Source: Octopus vulgaris
Taxonomy: Eukaryota
Direction of reading: 5' to 3'
Assembly: GCA_951406725.2 (NCBI GenBank)
Contig: OX597815.1
Coordinates: 207,080,001-207,144,000 of the forward strand
Length of the DNA stretch: 64,000 nt
Positions 51,527-64,000 of this stretch are shown one piece after another. The notes beneath the pieces were generated by a model. The model worked only from the letters and a program-made list of their open reading frames with translations, did no database searches and had not been told where the DNA came from. Made by a program: the position numbers and the translations under genes. Each line of letters opens with the position of its first letter. Position 1 is the stretch's first letter.

Positions 51527-52793
51527 CAGGGGTTGGACAAAATAATGGAAACATCTTAAAATTTCAAACGAATTTATTTTAATATGGACTAGGACTGCCT
51601 TTCGCAGTAATTACAGCTTGAATTCTATGAGGTATGGACTCTTACAAAGTTTGAATTTTCCAAAGAAATTTTCGTCCATTCTTCAGTTAAAACAGTCTCC
51701 GGTTCTTGTGGTGATGATGGTGGAAGATATCGACTCCTTACTTGTTTTTCTAAAATGCACCATAAATGCTCAATAATATTGAGATCTGGGGTCTGTAGTG
51801 GCTAGATAAGATGTTCAGCTTCACTAGAATGTTCCTCGTGCCATTCAATAACAACTTTAGCTGTGTGAATTAGTGCACTATCATCCTGAAAGATTGTGTC
51901 GTCCCCCACCCACGGAAACATAGGTTGAATTTGATCAGACAAAATGCTTAAATAGTTAGTTTTGTCTATTAATTCTGCCAGGAAGGGAAACCATTGGGCC
52001 AGCGGATTTGCAAGATATAGCCCCCCAGATCATCACAGCTCCTCCTCCTTGTTTAACAGTTGGAAGAACGCAGCTGGGTCAAATGCTTCTTTTGGCTGTC
52101 TCCACACGTATACTCGACCGGTAATCGGAAATAAAGAAAAGGATGACTCGTCCGAGAAAATAACATTCTTCCACTGCTCTAGGGACCAATTCTGTAGGGT
52201 TTTTATTCCAGTCTAAATGCTTTGCAACGTTTGTTTTTGAAAGTAGTGGTTTTCTGATTGCATCCCTCCCGTGAAATCCGGCTTTCTGCAGGTCCCGGTG
52301 AACAGTTTTTGTGGAAACTGAGTTCTCGGGGTGGTCATTAAGCTCTGCAGTAATTTTGGGAGCTGTGCTGTTGTGATCCTTTCTAACAATTCGTGTAAGA
52401 GTTCGACGGTCCTTATCTGAAAGTTTTGGTGTTCGTCCAGAATTTTGTTTTAACGAGGAGGTTTTTCCCTCTTTCTCAAAGGCTGTCATTACTTTCGAGA
52501 CAATACTTCTGAGTACACCAAACTTTTCGGCTGTTTTCGTTACGCTAGCGCCTGCCATACGAGCACCAACAATCTGACCTCTGAAAATCCGCTAGATCTG
52601 TAATTTTAATGAATTTTAATTACCTTTTTCTTATGATATCTGAAAAGAAACAGCAATTTTAGCAAAACATATTAAACAACACTAATAGTAAATCAAAAAA
52701 CATAAAAATAGACAAGCTTCTGACGGTTTTATAGATATTTCAAAATTATGATGCTATGATGCTAGGTGTTTCTATTATTTTGTCCAAGCCCTG
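51527..52793 (-). mobile_element. Full-length Tc1-like DNA transposon (decayed)
   Basis: TIRs caggggttggacaaaataatggaaaca / tgtttctattattttgtccaagccctg; TA at the right end, (TA)n-CA at the left. Confidence 0.93.
51579..52603 (-). pseudogene. Tc1 DD34E transposase pseudogene
   Basis: RGQIVGARMAGASVTKTA, SGRTPKLSDKDRRTL, IFSDES, FQDDSALIHTAK, PDLNIIEHLW; frameshifts. Confidence 0.92.
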
Positions 52794-52989
52794 TATATAG
52801 GGGAAATATTCTTTATGTTGCATGTCTCATTTCTCTGTTTGTTTGTTTTTTTTGTTGTTCGAAAACAAAAGTTTTCTATATTTTTGTTTTTATGTTTTCG
52901 TTTCTCATTGTGTTCAACGTTTTTTTTTTTAATGTCCTGTACTCATATATGCATATATATATATATATACATATATGTAGGCATGTGCA

Positions 52990-53131
52990 TATATGTATAT
53001 ATATATATGCATATATTTATATATTATTCATATTTTATATATATATATATATATATGCATATATTTATATATTATTCATATTTTATATATATATATATGT
53101 ATATGCATATATTTATATATTATTCATATTT

Positions 53132-53162
<31 letters not shown>

Positions 53163-53164
53163 TA

Positions 53165-53200
<36 letters not shown>
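52990..53200. repeat. AT-rich minisatellite (~45-50 bp, atatttatatattattcatattttatatata)
   Basis: Unit repeated ~4 times. Confidence 0.85.
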
Positions 53201-53203
<3 letters not shown>

Positions 53204-53302
53204 ATATATGTAAAAAATACAAACTGGGACAAGAACGCAAAACATTTAGAAGACGATACAAAAAACACGGGCGGGACATTGGTCTTTTGGTCTTATATGT
53301 AA

Positions 53303-53440
<138 letters not shown>

Positions 53441-53969
53441 GTGTGTGTGTATACACCAAGCAGTGAGAGGGAAAGAGAGAGAGTCAAACAGAGAGAGTGA
53501 GAGAGAAAGAAAGGGGGGAGATAGAAAAAAGAAAGAAAGAAGAAGCAAAAAGAATGTGTGACGGCGAGAGAAAGACAGCAAGGAGATAAATGTAAGAAAC
53601 AGAGATAGAAGGCAGGAAACATGGACGAAAACAACCGGAAGCTGTGCGTAGTGAGTTCCAGATGTGTTGATAGGAATTCTGAAGACTTTACGAGGGTTTT
53701 CTTGTACTGGAATACCTCCTGTATTGGCACCAGAAGACAAAGTATCTTGTGTAATCACTGTTTTGATTTGAGTTGTGTGTTATTGGGTGAATCTGACAAC
53801 AGTTTATGCACTTCGCTTTATAGTAACCATCAACTTGTATCATCTGTCGTTGGTTAGGAGGCTCCGGTCTAAACTTGGTTAATTATTGTTTTCACACGTC
53901 TTTTATTATTCGGATCACGTCTTGCTTTTCATGAAGTATTAATGTTGCTACGGTGTAGGCATGATGCAC

Positions 53970-54004
<35 letters not shown>

Positions 54005-54127
54005 CACGCACACACACACACACACACACACGTGTGCATACATACCTGAATGTGTTTATATATATAGATAGATTGAAAGATAGATACATACATGTGTATG
54101 TGTGTATATATATAGTTATATACATAC

Positions 54128-54166
<39 letters not shown>

Positions 54167-54233
54167 TACATACCTATATATATATATATATATATATTCT
54201 AACATACATACATATATATATACATATATACAC

Positions 54234-54318
<85 letters not shown>

Positions 54319-54348
54319 CATACATACATACATACATACATACATACA

Positions 54349-54379
<31 letters not shown>

Positions 54380-55786
54380 GTATCTGTCTATTTGTATATA
54401 TATATATATATATGTCTGCGCGTGTGTGCGTGTGTGTGTGTATACGAATGCATGTACATACTGTTTTGTGAACTTGAAGTATACTGGTGTCCGTTAGGAT
54501 TTGGTTGGAAAAGAGGATTTCGACTTTGTAAGCATCCACCTCATCCCGTGAGCTGAAATACGAGGGACTGCTGTCACTCTGCCGTCACTGTCTCACGCAA
54601 TAACTTGAGAAGATGTAAGAACTCTTGTACACATTACACATAAACACATATACACATATGTACACTTATATACATATATACTTATATACATATGTACATA
54701 TACACACACACACCGGCGCACTCAATGGTACACATACACGCATATGTATATTTTTTCCCTTACACCGTCGGACCCTCACACCCCTATATATACACGCTGC
54801 AAATTATATCGCAGTGAGTGATAATGACATTTCCTTGTAGCTTGTCCGTCGGTAGCTTTCCAAAATTAGAACAGAACTTAGTTTGCACTACCTCATTGCT
54901 CACACATTACAAATATGAGATATCACATTTTCGCACTGAGAAACAAGTGCCCATTGGTACAGAGAACCACTATGGACTAGTATGACCTTTCAGACTTGTC
55001 ATTTTAGAAGAAAATGGGTATGAAATATAAAAAGTACTTCTAGTGAAAGAATTGCTGTTGTTACTATCATCGTTGCAATTGTAATGAGGTTTGTGTGAAT
55101 CCTATAGTTTTAAATTATGAAAAGCTGAATAACATTTATTGCGTTTTGGTCAAAGCATTGTTGCATATAATGAATAAGTTTAATTATGTTATGCAATCGG
55201 TACAGCAACGGAAAAAATACAGTTTTTCATATGATCAAATAATAGCTTGCACCGCACCTTACGGGGCAAGTTGTAACATTATATCGATGTGAGAAAATAT
55301 TATTTTATTCTTTTCATTTCGCTATTTTATAAGTGTCGTATTATTTCGGTGACCCCTTATAATCTCCTACCCGCTGCTATCGAATCGGTCTGCTTTTATT
55401 TATTTAATGTTGTTTCGATTTATTTATATGTATTTATTGGAATGAAAATGATATTCATGGGAAAGCAGCCACACATATCGAAACAGCCTCACAGATAGCT
55501 AAAGGTTGCAAAATTCAATGAACAGAGGTGGGATTTCTGAGAGAAAATTCAAAAGGCGAAATAGGCACACTTTCGGGCCTCTTTGAATATTAGCTCCTCT
55601 TTGAATATTAGCTCCTCTTAAGGCAGATAATCAGATATTTGCTGGTTACTCCTTGTCTCTCTCGTCCTCAAACCGATGTACCCACTGAATTCCTATCATA
55701 TAGTCCCTGGGAGGGGTGTGTGTGAATGCTAACATTTTGAGTAAGATCTTTATGCATTGGTTCACACACATACACACACACATATA

Positions 55787-56243
55787 TTCTTTTACTCTTT
55801 TACTTGTTTCAGCCATTTGACTGTAGCCATGCTGGAGCACCGCCTTTAGTCGAGCAAATCGACCCCAGGACTTATTCTTTGCAAGCCTAGTACTTATTCT
55901 ATTGCGTCTCTATTGCCGAACCGCTAAGTTACCGGGACGTAAACACACCAGCATTGGTTGTCAAGCGATGTTGGAGGGGCAAACACAGACACACAAACAT
56001 ATACACATACATACATACATACATACATACATACATACACATATATATATATATATGTACAGCGAGCTTCTTTCAGTTTCCGTCTATCACAAGGCTTTGG
56101 TTGGCTTTGGACTACTCACATGTCTTTGGTCAGCCTGAGGCTATAGTAGAAGACACTTGCGCAAGGTGTCACGCAGTGGGTCTGAACCCGGAACCATGTG
56201 GTTGGTAAGCAAAAACTAAATACCACACATTCACTCCTGCGCC
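55787..56243 (-). mobile_element. SINE family A
   Basis: Full-length with a small internal insertion. Confidence 0.9.
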
Positions 56244-56310
<67 letters not shown>

Positions 56311-56414
56311 CTTTATTGTTGCCCTATTTGAGATGAAGCCAATAGTGTACGAACTAAAGCGGTTTGTAAATCAGAGTTTGTCGAGGGTGTATGTGTGTAT
56401 ACATGTGAGTGAGA

Positions 56415-56650
56415 GCGTATGGCCGGGTGCTGCAGTCACGATCACGAGATCGTGGTTTCAATTCCTGGACCGAGTAGTGCGTTGAGTTCTTACCCGAAAC
56501 ATGTCATTTCACTTTGCTCTTCAATCACTTCGACACCCGGCGCGTGTCAGTTCAGGCAACGTCGATTTGATGGAAGGAGCGAGCTACCGTACAGCACATA
56601 TATTTGATCATTATAAGCAAATCATTCGTAGTGGTTGTTTAGCAAGAAAA
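56415..56650 (+). mobile_element. Old tRNA-derived SINE
   Basis: gtggtttcaattcctggacc B box; body similar to 10150-10372. Confidence 0.55.
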
Positions 56651-56699
56651 TGCACACACACACACACACGCACGCATCGACGCACGGATGCACGCACGC

Positions 56700-56904
56700 A
56701 TGCTGTTGATCTGTCGTGCGGATCCGTGCAGACAATCCTAACGTCTGAATTGAACATGAGGCCGGATTCCAAAACTGGCAAGAACGCTCGGACTGCTGTA
56801 TAGATGCACAAGGTAACTATTTCGAAGATGATGTTAAAACTTAGGTAAATAAGTTATTTTTTTAATTGGCAATTTTTTTAATTGGCAACTTTTTGATACC
56901 ACCT

Positions 56905-56907
<3 letters not shown>
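56700..56907 (+). mobile_element. Internally deleted mariner fragment
   Basis: VDLSCGSVQTILTSELNMR fused to FQNWQER..CCIDAQGNYFEDD, then 3' TIR-like actttttgataccacctc. Confidence 0.75.
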
Positions 56908-56956
<49 letters not shown>

Positions 56957-57243
56957 TGAAGGCGCAATGGCAGCGGACTCGCGGTCGTAGGATCGCGGTT
57001 TCGATACCCAGACCGGGCGTTGTGAGTGTTTATTGAGCGAATACACCTAAAAGCTCCACGAGGATCCGGCAGGGGGGGGGCGATCCCTGCTGTAATCTTT
57101 CGCCACAACTTTCTGTCACTCTTTCTTCTGTTGGCCTGCTCGCTTAGCCAGCGGGGTGGCGTCATTTGAAGGCTAAAACAATGAGAAGCGCATTGTGACC
57201 AGCGACGTGTAGCAACATCTGATAGCCTGGTCGGTCACGGTAA
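56957..57243 (+). mobile_element. SINE family C (alternative tail)
   Basis: C head; tgaccagcgacgtgtagcaacatctgatagcctggtcggtcacg tail. Confidence 0.85.
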
Positions 57244-57554
57244 TATATATATGTATACAAACATCATATATATATGTATTTGCACGTGTACGTTTAAGTG
57301 TATATGTATGTTTGAAAAATGTGAGTGTGTAAGCTGTTATAATTTCGATACAGAGCTGATTTTGTCAGCTGTTCTGCTTTCAGATGTGTCTGCGGTCATT
57401 TTTGCCTATCTTGCAACCAAGGTTTGATAAAGCAACTTCCAGCCATATAACGGGATCGATTTAATCCTGTGTCTCCCACCCAGGCAATTAAGTGGGCGCG
57501 TTTGAAAGTGAGAAATCCTTTGTATTGGTATATCGGAGGTTTCTGTAGCATTCT

Positions 57555-57777
57555 TATTTCTTTATTGCCCACAAGGGGCTAAACATAGAGGGGACAAACA
57601 AAGAGATTAAGTCGATTACATCAACCCCAGTGCGTAACTGGTACTTAATTTATCGCCCCCGAAAGGATGAAAAGCAAAGTCGACCTCAGCAGAATTTGAA
57701 CTGAGAGCGTAACGGCAGACGAAATATAGCTAAGCATTTCGCCCGGCGTGTTAACGTTTCTGCCAGCTCACCGCCTT
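57555..57777 (-). mobile_element. SINE family B monomer
   Basis: Head plus a unit of the terminal (gggcaata) type. Confidence 0.88.
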
Positions 57778-58221
57778 GTAACACTAATTTCTTAGTAGCA
57801 TTCTGATTATGTTCTTAAATGTAATGCTTATTTATTCTCATTGTTTTAAATTAATCATGCGTTATATCGTAGCTTCAAGATTTTTTTTTATGATGTGATT
57901 GTTTATTTTAAAAATGACATTGTAGAATAATTGTGAGAGCATGAATCTGGCTGGTCGGAACATAAAACAGCTAGAATATTTGAGCCACATATGGCCCGTA
58001 TAAATGCTAAAAAGCTAAAGATATAATTTCTCATAAAAACAATACTACTACTACTACCATTCTTCTCTCTGCCTTTTATGAGATATGACAATTACCGATT
58101 TTCAAAATTGCGCTCATTTAAAAAAAAAATATTGAGTTACCTACGACTTTGAAATTTTAAAGTTTAGATTATGAATGTATGAAATATTATAATCAATCAT
58201 TAACCAGGTAAATTAGAACCG

Positions 58222-58560
58222 AAGGTGTATGGCTTAGTGGTTAGAGAGATGGGCTCACAATCATGAGGTATGGAGTTCGATTCCTCTGTGTCGTGCTCTT
58301 GACCAAGACACTTTATTTCACGTTGCTCCAGTTCACTCAGTTGTGGAAATGAATCGCGACGTTGCTGGTACCATAGCTGTGTCGGCTTTTGCCCTGATTT
58401 TTGGATAACATTGGTGGCGTGGAGAGGGGATGCTGGTATGCATGGATGACTGGTAGTCTTCCATAAACAACCTTGCCCAGACTTGTGTCTCGGAGGGTAA
58501 CTTTCTAGGGGAAATCCCATGGTCATTCATGACTGAAGGGCGAGTGGGGATCTTTACCCT
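58222..58560 (+). mobile_element. SINE family D head with a different tail
   Basis: tggcttagtggttag, gagttcgattcc, caagacactttatttcacgttgctccagt. Confidence 0.75.
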
Positions 58561-58930
58561 TTTTTTACAAGTGAATCTTACACACGCACTCAGATACAAA
58601 GATATAACAGATATACGTATGTTTGTGTACAACCGTTCCAAATTAAATTAAGGCAGTGTACTCAGAGGTGAAAGTTTATGCAGCCTTTTCAGATTTTCTT
58701 TCCTGCAAGCTATAATAAGATGCACAAGCTTTCAGCTCCGAGTGCACTGCATCTTATACACGAAACAGCTGTAAGCTAATGAGGTTAATGTAATTGCTCT
58801 TCCCTTGCCATTTAAATAATTTCATAGTATGCTCTGAACTCGACTAAAATTTCATTCTGCAGCATTTTAATTTTTTTACTGAGTTGTAACACCAGATTAT
58901 TTGTAGCAAATTCTTTCTACGCACACACAC

Positions 58931-59001
<71 letters not shown>

Positions 59002-60249
59002 CACATATATATATATTTCATTTTTAAAATGTCGTGCTACTGTTTATATTGTCAAGTTTTACTGAATTAATGTTTTCGTTTTTTAGATTATTTTGCATTC
59101 GGGGAACTTCAGAACGGGAGGATGTCTACATCAACACATGGAAAAGACTAAAGGTTTGACTTTTAGATAATATTTTTATTTTTACTCACAAAAGCAAAAA
59201 AAAATATTTTTTTTTAAATACAAGAAAAAAAAAACAATGAAATTGTATATATGTTTTGAATTCAGTATGGCATTTTCTACTTGAGGAGTGAGATGTAGTA
59301 CTAACAAGAATCACTAGATACACACACACGCACAAATATAACAGAACAATAATGAAAAAAAAAACAAAACAAAAACAGAAAAATGAAATAGTTTTCAATG
59401 CATAAAAACGAATTTTAAAAACAAATGGCGAGCGTCTTGGTGATACCAAATAATGTGATTGCGGTGATTTAGGTTAGAGATACAAATTCTGTTAGCACCG
59501 GAAAACCTCCAACTTATGCTGAAGTTGTACTCTATTGTGGATGTAGAGGGAGAGACGATGGGTCTAGTTTGGCTCTTACTCTTATGGTAACGAGGCCTCT
59601 TTGACGGTTTCTGCTCAGAGAAGCCTGAAAAGCAGGGAAAGAGGGAAAGCAGACGATAGTAGTTACTATAGAATGACTGTTTCCAGAGTACCAGAGGTTG
59701 CCGCTGAGGATAGTGAGAAAAATAGCCTTGTCTTCACTAACAAGGACTGATGATTAGACCACTAATAGTGCCACCCTGTCGTCTTGCGACAATGTTGAAG
59801 AATGGAAGATGGGCAGCTGAGAAGGCTTTAAAGGCAATATCCCTAACTAAAAAAAAAAGGAAGAAAAAAGAGAGAAATCTCTAAGCAGAAAGCGAGTGAA
59901 ATATGCGAGGAAAGCTCATATTTCACAGGAATTATGTAAAATTCATAGTTTATATAATAGCAAACAATCAGAAAAATCTTGCACAAGAGCAAATTTCGTG
60001 GCAGTGATAATCTGCAGCTATGTCCTTGTGAGCAGTTATATCTTAAACAATGAAAAGATGTAGGTCAATTCTCATTCATACTGCGCCATAAGAGTTGCTC
60101 ACTAGTGCTTTTAGGAATACACGGAAGGGGAATTTGGTCAGGCTTTTGGTATCCTGATCAAACCTATGGGCTTGTTTCTCATCGTGTATAGGTGGTTTGT
60201 TTCCCCGCCTTTTATGGTCTATTTACACTCTTATATATATACATTCGCC

Positions 60250-60431
60250 ATGATAAATCGCTAGCCACTGCACATTCTTTATTTTCTCTCCTTGTTTCTT
60301 TCTGTGTTCCTTTCTGTGGAAGAGCTTAGGCTCGAAACGTTAAACACATTTTCACTTCCCGAGCGTTAAACTAATACATCTGTTTGTTGTCTACACCACC
60401 TGTCTTCGACTTTTGTTTTTTTGTGAATTCC

Positions 60432-60435
<4 letters not shown>
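60250..60435 (+). mobile_element. Penelope-like terminal-repeat relic, family H1
   Basis: Same family as 3697-3872; flanked by (TA)n. Confidence 0.7.
60311..60344 (+). ncRNA. Minimal hammerhead-like motif, A6U variant
   Basis: TTT-CTGTGGA-A-GAGC(ttag)GCTC-GAAA-CG-TT-AAA. Confidence 0.65.
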
Positions 60436-60473
<38 letters not shown>

Positions 60474-60670
60474 GTATGCACATGTACTCATTTACATATT
60501 TGTGTACATAGTAAGAAATACGTGTGAAAACATTATATAACGTCCCCTCGTATTTAATATACCCTTCTTATATGTACATCACTGCATGCTTTTATAGCAT
60601 CTTTTATAACATTCTATGTATTAATCTGCAATGGTTAAAAATAAGGGAATTATTATCTTTGTTTTTGTTG

Positions 60671-60710
<40 letters not shown>

Positions 60711-60932
60711 AGCTACTACTACTGCTGCTATTGCCGTTGCTGCTGCCGCGTCGGACAAAATGTTTAGTGGCATTTCTCCCGGCTTTAAGTTCTGAGTTGA
60801 AATGCCACAGAGGTTAACTTTGTCATTCATCCTTTCGGGATCGATAAAGTAAAGTATTACTCACTGAGGTTAATCGTAATCAACTTTCCTCCTCCTCCTC
60901 AGAATTCTTGAACTTTGCCAAAATTTGAGACA

Positions 60933-60961
60933 ATTATTATTATTACTTCTACTCTTAGTAC

Positions 60962-61001
<40 letters not shown>

Positions 61002-61081
61002 GTCATTATTATTATTGTTATCATTATTATTATTATTATTGTTATTATTATTATTATTATTAATGTTATTATTATTATTAA

Positions 61082-61131
<50 letters not shown>
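60933..61131. repeat. (ATT)n microsatellite at the tail of an old family-B SINE (60745-60932)
   Basis: Long imperfect TAT array. Confidence 0.93.
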
Positions 61132-61132
<1 letters not shown>

Positions 61133-61714
61133 CACGGCAACTAGTATAAAAGTATATTAGCGCAAATTTACAACTAATGCTCTGAACACTCATAAACACG
61201 GCCACCGTGGCTGCCAAGTTGAGAAGCAATATCCGATTCGGTCAGAGGACATTAATGGCAGATCATAACTGTGTGCTTTCAAATGTATTCACACTTCCGG
61301 TAAAGGCCTGTATACAATCAGGTTTCAGTTACATATCAAAAACATAACATTTTCTTGCATGTATAAAATATTGGTTATCTTGCGACTTAACATGTCATTT
61401 GCTTAGGAAAGATATATCTACTTATCTTTACCTAAAGGAAGTAGCATTGAAATTGAAGAGAAATGCCTTAGAAGCGGGAAATTAGACAGCGATGAAATTT
61501 CTATGGTGGTCGCTGTACCTACTCGAGAATTCAAACCACATCCAACACCCTTGAATAAGAATAAAATACATTTGTTAATGTAATGCGATGTACCATGTTC
61601 CTATAAAAAAGTGGGTGGTCAAAGCATGATAAGAATTAGTTTCTGGTTAAGCAAGAACAACTACATTGCACATAAAACATAGAAGGCTAAAGATGTATAG
61701 AACATAACAGACCT

Positions 61715-62502
61715 AAGGCGGCGAGCTGGCAGAACCGTTTTCACGCCGGACGAAATGCTCAGCGGTATTTCGTCTGTCGTTACGTTCTGAGTTCAAATTC
61801 CGCCGAGTTCGACTTTGCCTTTCATTCTTTCGGGGTCGGTTAAATAAGTACCAGTTACGCACTGGGGTCGATGTAATCGACTTAATCCGTTTGTCTGTCC
61901 TTCTTTGTCCTCTCTGTGTTTAGCCCCTTGTGGGTAGTAAAGAAATAGAAATAGGTATTTCGTCTGCCGCTATGTTCTGAGTTCGAATTCTGCCGAGATC
62001 GACTTTGCCTTTCATCCTTTCGGGGTCGATAAATTAAGTACCAGTTACGCACTGGAGTCAATATAATCGACTTAATCCGTTTGTCTATCCTTGTTTGTCC
62101 TCTCTGTGTTTCGCCCCTTGTGGGTAGTAAAGAAATAGAAATAGGTATTTCGTCTGCCGCTATGTTCTGAGTTCAAATTCCGCCGAGATCGACTTTGCCT
62201 TTCATCCTTTCGGGGTCGATTAAAAAAGTACCAGTTACGCACTGGGGTCGATGTAATCGACTTAATCCGTTTGTCTATCCTCTCTGTGTTTAGCTCCTTG
62301 TGGGTAGTAAAGAAATAGGTATTTCGTCTGCCTTTACGTTCTGAGTTCAAATTCCGCCGAGGTCGACTTTGCCTTTCATCCTTTCGGGGTCGATAAATTA
62401 AGTACCAGTTACGCACTGGGGTCGATGTAAGCGACTTATTCCATTTGTCTATCCTTGTTTGTCCCCTCTATATTTAGCCCCTTGTGGGCAATAAAGAAAT
62501 AT
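61715..62502 (+). mobile_element. SINE family B, tetramer
   Basis: One head plus four units starting ggtatttcg at 61764, 61954, 62144 and 62318; 15-bp TSD gaacataacagacct. Confidence 0.93.
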
Positions 62503-62863
62503 GAACATAACAGACCTCAACATTAATTTTATTTTTCAACATTACCAAGTATATAATGTAATACAATGTAATCTATTTTTATAGTCTGAAATATAATAAA
62601 TAAAACTTGATTTAGTATTTTGAAAGATTTCAATATTTTTATGCTTCGGGTGATAATCATTTCCTCAGTAGATCGACTTTAATATTCAATGTTCCGTATA
62701 TTATAACTAATTCAACTTCTACTTGTAATTATTGATCACTGAAGGTACAGTTTTTGTGGTTGCTGCAGTGTCTGTGTTTGTTATTGTTGCTGTTGCTGAT
62801 TTTAATGTCATCATAATAAATTTAGACTTACATTATATAATTATTGTGTAATGCCGTTTAGAG

Positions 62864-63018
62864 AAGGCGTGGGTAATTTTTTTCGAGAAGCGGAACGCAA
62901 GAAACATAGCTTATCATCAGAAGGGCTGCACTATTTAAAAAAAGAAAATGATTGAAGGTATTTTTTCTTTAGGTGTGCCATTCAGGAAGTTCTACGGGCC
63001 GCAGGTTGCCCATGATTC
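62864..63018. mobile_element. Old hAT MITE
   Basis: 8-bp TSD gtttagag; decayed TIRs aggcgtgggtaa / ttgcccatga; gggccgca subterminal motif. Confidence 0.7.
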
Positions 63019-64000
63019 GTTTAGAGTATTTTGCTGTTGTCTAGCCTCCAGTCAGCTTTGATTGAATACACTTATGACCAAAAGCCTTCTACTCTTCATC
63101 ATCTCGTCACATATAAGTGATTGTCCAATGTATCTTTTCTAAAATGTCAGAGTATAAAGAAAATAGTAGTATTGCCGCCGTTTTATAAAGATATATAAAT
63201 ATCGTTCAATGCTTTAGAAAATCTATAGTAATGTTTGAGCGTCTTAAAAATGTGTAATTCGCACTTTTTTTAAAGACAAGGTAAGCCATTGTTTTCTATA
63301 TATATTTTTAAACATCTAATTTTTCAAACCTGGTTTCTTTCATTTTTGTTTTAAATTTCCAAACTAAGTTCGCCAGTGATTTATAATCTGATGTTCAGTG
63401 AGACACGAAATGCAAAACGAATAAGTTTTGATGTAGAATATTATTGTACAATATCGTTTTATATTTCGTGTCACACTATTGCACTTGTCCTATATAATCA
63501 ATTAGGTTGGGTTCGTTACCTAAGTTTTTAGTCTTTCTGTCTAGCACCACGTCCTTGAGGTTGCTATTACAACTCGGCATAAAACAATTGCTTACGTCAA
63601 TGTTTTTGTTCCTGTTTTTGTTAATATCTTGCTCAGACAGGTCATCCTGCCTAGAGCGAAAATACCCATGGATCAAAGACCTTCTAGTCTTTTTTTAGGA
63701 TAATAGTGCCTAGCACTGTGTGGCATTCTTTTATCAACGCGTCAAGATGTGATTTGAAATATTATTATTTCTAAGAGGTAAGCAACCTCATACAGGTCCC
63801 AACTATGACCCATTGCTGTAGTTGATTACTAGATCACCCTTAATGAAGACAAGCTGACTAATGAGCAAAAGGATTCCAACTGTGACTACTCTCTTTTATT
63901 CCGATATACTGAATTTAGGAACACTTTGTATAACCAGTAGGTTCCGATTTGAAGGAGGTTTGACTGCAATTTCCATCATGTCAGTTGACCACACAGAGGC

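Noticed and set aside
53600-53900. Possible Penelope GIY-YIG relic on the minus strand
   Set aside because: Only vague similarity (RPEPPN, CxxC, FxxPxN); too weak to call.
59470-59605. Short open frame containing PPTYAEV, a possible host exon
   Set aside because: Ends in a stop, with no convincing splice context or partner exons.
60524-61229. Poly-Leu, poly-Val, poly-Asn and poly-Ile ORFs
   Set aside because: (CTA)n and (ATT)n trinucleotide microsatellites around an old SINE.
63476-63676. RQDDL..D..K..IDVS resembling a restriction-like endonuclease (PD..D) motif of R2/R4-type elements
   Set aside because: Similarity is too loose and there is no adjacent supporting domain.

Overview
AT-rich, repeat-saturated eukaryotic non-coding DNA (intergenic or a large intron). 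The tRNA-derived SINE families, microsatellite load and transposon mix point to a coleoid cephalopod (Octopus-like; my inference, no database search run). I found no supportable host protein-coding exon, and most ORFs in the track are microsatellite or SINE translation artefacts. Recognisable content: decayed mariner and Tc1 elements with TIRs; hAT, Tc1 and telomere-repeat MITEs; non-autonomous Helitrons and a HINE; CR1-, RTE-, Gypsy- and Penelope-like relics; and at least four SINE families, one of them multimeric. The main hidden signal is about a dozen minimal hammerhead-ribozyme-like motifs from several repeat families, mostly with palindromic helix III. They include a ~279-bp tandem repeat with one hammerhead per unit (retrozyme- or tandem-pLTR-like), a family with a conserved CUGUNGA (A6U) core, a U3-A8 variant, and two palindromic elements that fold back at or next to the ribozyme. 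All motif and protein assignments were made by eye, and coordinates of decayed elements are approximate.
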